64,000 nt of DNA from the human T2T-CHM13v2.0 reference genome, Homo sapiens: NCBI RefSeq assembly GCF_009914755.1, contig NC_060934.1. The stretch is one strand, 5' to 3'. Below are positions 59,806 through 64,000 of this stretch, piece by piece. Position 1 is the first letter of the stretch. Each line of letters opens with the position of its first letter. Made by a program: the position numbers and the translations under genes. Below the pieces are notes generated by a model. The model worked only from the letters and a program-made list of their open reading frames with translations. It was not told where the DNA came from and did no database searches.

Positions 59806-60832
59806 TCAGAAAGGTTCTAAGAGGGAATAAAAGCTAATACATTGCCCTTTTGTGTGAACATGACTCCTGACCCACTGCAGCATGATGCCGTGTGGTTCTT
59901 ATAGCACCAAAGCCAGATTTGCATCAAATCATTCACCATCTTGTTCAGCATCATTGGCTGACTGGCTGGCCAAGATCAGGGTACAGGCTGTAAGCATGTC
60001 ATTTGAAGAGCAAAGAGGTTACTTAAAATGCACATTTCTGGCCAGGCACTGTAGCTCATGCCTGTAATTCTAGCACTTTGGGAGGCCAAGGCGGGTGGAT
60101 CACCTGAGGTCAGGAGTTCGAGACCAGCCTGCCCAACATGGTGAAACCCCATCTCTACTAAAAATACAAAAACTAGCTGGGCATGGTGGCGATGTCTGTA
60201 ATCCCAGCTAATCGGGAGGCTGAGGCAGGAGAATCACTTGAACCCAGAAGGCAGAGGTTTTAGTGAGCCAATATTGTGCCACTGCACTCCAGCCTGGGTG
60301 ACAGAGCAAGACTCTGTCTCAAAAATATATATAAATAAATAAATAAAATGCATATTTCTGGGCCCACCTTAGAGTTTCTGAATTAGTCTAGGGTGTAGCT
60401 CAGGAGTCCATTTTTTACCAGCATCCAGGCCCTTCTCATGAAGGCAGTCTTCCATATTTTGAAAAACATTGGGACCAGGAGTGGTGGCTCAAACCTAAAA
60501 TTTCAGCATTTTGGGAAGCCAAGGCATGAGGATTGTTTGAGCCCAGGAGTTCAAGGTTGCATTGAGCCATGATCATGCCATGGCACTCCAGCCTGGGTGA
60601 CAGAATGAGACTCTGTCTCAAAAAATAGTAATAATAAATTTTTAAAAAGCACTGGGAGGCCAGGCGCAGTAACTCACGCCTGTAATCCCAGCACTTCTGG
60701 AGGCCAAGGCAGGCAGATCACAAGGTCAGGAGATTGAGACCATCTTGGCTAACATGGTGAAACCCCGTCTCTACTAAAAATACAAAAAAATTAGCTGGAT
60801 GTGGTGGCGCATGCCTGTAGTCCAGCTACTCA

Positions 60833-60985
<153 letters not shown>

Positions 60986-61105
60986 TCAAAATTTACTTGA
61001 TTCTAGTATTTTAGTGCTTAATTATATATTGATCTTTTTTCCTTTAAGTGTTGCAATTTTTTTTTTTTTTTGAGACAGAGTCTCGCTCTGTTGCCCAGGC
61101 TGTAG

Positions 61106-61357
<252 letters not shown>

Positions 61358-61359
61358 TA

Positions 61360-61623
<264 letters not shown>

Positions 61624-64000
61624 TCACCTGAGCCTGGGAGGTGGAGGCTGCAGTGAGCTGTGATCGCATCACTGCATTCGAGCCTGGGTGATGGAGACCT
61701 TGTCTCAAAAAAAAAAAAAGAAAAGAAAAGATACAAACTATAGTTGGCCTTGGGGGTGATGAATAATCAGAAATAATAAAAAGAGTTACGGGTTAAGCCC
61801 AAAATCATTTGTGACAGGAAACCACGGGGGGACTCTGGGACCATAGAGCTCCCTAGGATTGGTTTGGGTTATGACTAGTGGTGAGGTAGATGACCAGGTA
61901 GCATATGTAATTAGTGATACATGTACTTCTCTCTTTGCCTTTTTATTTTCTTTAATTGTGTTAACTAAATACTCAAGTTAGTATCACTGAGTCTGGTTAG
62001 AAGTAGTGAACAATTGGGGCCCTGTTACCATATTTGGTGCTAAAACTATATTATGACTTCATTTATATGCAGCAAAGACCTAGTATTAAGGAAGTTTCCC
62101 ACAAAACAAATCAAAAATGGGAGACACTTAAATTGCTTAATGAGTTTTATAGCAGCAGAAGAATCCATATTCAACAATGGAGCTCTAAGATTAAAGTCAT
62201 TTAAATTCTAGCTATAAGAGGAATTTAATACAGGAGGTACCTCCACAGTCTCAAAGCTATCAGCATTCTTTGTCAGTATACATCAAATTATGTGGAGATA
62301 TTGAAGAAGAAAGGCTTCTGAGATTAGTCTGAATGTTGATGTTCTAACGAGTTATAGATCTATCCATTTTTATTCCATCTCAATATGCTTCATGGAGAAA
62401 TGTGTTGTGTTTCTGTTGTAGGATACATTTATATTAAGTATAAATACACAGTGCACAGTTTTGATTGTGTTTCTTACATTTCAAGTTTTACCAATAATCT
62501 TAAATCTTAAAAAGATTAAGATAATCTTTAAAAATCTAAAATCTTAAGAATATAAAGAGTATTACACTTAAAGACTGAAAAATAATGTAGAGATGGCAAC
62601 CCCTAAACCCATTTAATATTCTTGGTCAAATCAAGAATATTAAATTGAGAAGAGTACTCTGAAATGTAAGGATGTTGGATTTGGAAGCATTTTCTACCAT
62701 GTTTATAGGTGATACTATTCTATTATACAATAAATCTAACACACATGTACCTGACCAATAATAGTTTAATAGAATATGAAAATAGAGGCCGGGCACGGTG
62801 CCTCACGCCTGTAATCCCAGCACTTTGGGAGGCTGAGGTGGGCGGATCACCTGAGGTCAGGAGTTCGAGACCAGCCTGACCAATATGGTGAAACCCCACC
62901 TCTACTAAAAATACAAAAAAAAAAAAAAAAAGGCATCGTGGTGTGTGCCTATAGTCCCAGCTACTCAGGAGGCTGAGAGAATTGCTTGAACCCAGGAGGC
63001 GGAGGTTGCAGTGAGCCGAGATCATGCCACTGCCCCCCAGCCTGGGCGACAGAGCGAGACTTGGTTTAAAAAAAAAAAAAAAGGATATGAAAATAGAGCA
63101 GGAAGGGTTGCCTGTCAAGAGTAAGGAACAAAAGCAGTTAGGAATCAAGGATGGATGCTGTTTTTAATCTCAAAAGGTTCAACTTGATGTTACATCCTTG
63201 TGAGTCTAGGATAGTAAACCCAAATCACCTGTAGTTAACCTTGTGAATTAACTTTTTTGTGCCTCTGCTCTCTGATAACAGACACCTCACATAAGCAGCA
63301 TACAGCAGTTTGCAGCATTCTCCTGCCCTTGGCCAAAATTGTCCTCACCCAGTTATTACTGAGCACATTAGAAACTGCCTTCCAGCCCATCAGTGGCTGT
63401 ATTTTAGAGACATTGTAGCCACTGAAGTATAAATTATCTGGCATTGTCTAATTGCCTACTGTGAGGTAATATTCTTTTTAATGTATTTGTTACCATCCTT
63501 ATTTATTGGAGTTGGCTATGGTGTTAGATTTGGGTAATTTACTGAACTTTTCCCTGTTTATGACCTGTGCTTGTCCCTGACAAGGAAAGCTGATGTATTG
63601 CTACCTGCTGTGTTACAAAGGGTTTGATTACAGTTTCTAAATGGAAGAGATTGCCCCCAGCTGACTCCGTTCTGGAGCAATTCCAGGCTTTAGACTGGTA
63701 CTGATACCACATCTAATAGGATGTGGCTAAGAAGCAATTGGACTTGGACGTTAATAGGGAGCTGCAAATCAGCAAAAGTGTGTTCCACAGGCATATAGTG
63801 TGGTGGAGTGAAATGCAGAGGTTCCTTTTTGAAAGTTTAGCTTATATCCTTTTGCTTTGAAGTTCATTACCAAGGAAAATATGCAAATATCACAACTTAA
63901 CTATTTTATCCTAATGGTGCCTGTGATTAAATGCAAGTGAGAGGTGGCACTTTCAGGAGCTTCCATATACATCTTGGCCTGATCCTTATAGCCTATAATT

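Noticed and set aside
59860-60000. Possible extra ANAPC16 exon (ctgcag|CATGATG...)
   Set aside because: Weak splice signals and no match to the APC16 protein continuation.

Overview
Human or great-ape genomic DNA, recognisable as the ASCC1/ANAPC16 locus (chr10q22 from recollection). The minus strand carries the 5' part of ASCC1: non-coding exon 1, coding exons 2-5 with exact splice sites encoding residues 1-163 including the KH domain, an 84-nt GC-AG cassette exon, and >31 kb of intron 5. The plus strand carries ANAPC16 exons 1-2. The two genes share a CpG-island promoter and their first exons are interleaved. The rest is very Alu-dense intron with old L1, MaLR/ERVL LTRs, DNA-transposon fossils (MER85, Tigger4, MER102, MER44/Tigger3, MER5A), an RPL15 processed pseudogene, a SNORA36 retrocopy, a Y3 RNA retrocopy and low-complexity tracts. 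Nearly all ORF-track entries are Alu or low-complexity artefacts. I see no new multi-gene system. The best observations are: (1) a two-segment templated insertion inside the RPL15 pseudogene copied from DNA just beyond its own integration site; (2) a SNORA36 retrocopy that looks like a 3'-untrimmed intron intermediate ending at a 3' splice site, within a four-tier nested insertion; (3) a GC-AG cassette exon, with a donor apparently supplied by MER102, that interrupts the KH domain; (4) a MER85 retaining the CSB-PGBD3-binding palindrome about 2 kb from the shared promoter. Repeat subfamily names, parent sequences and TSS positions come from memory, not from a search.
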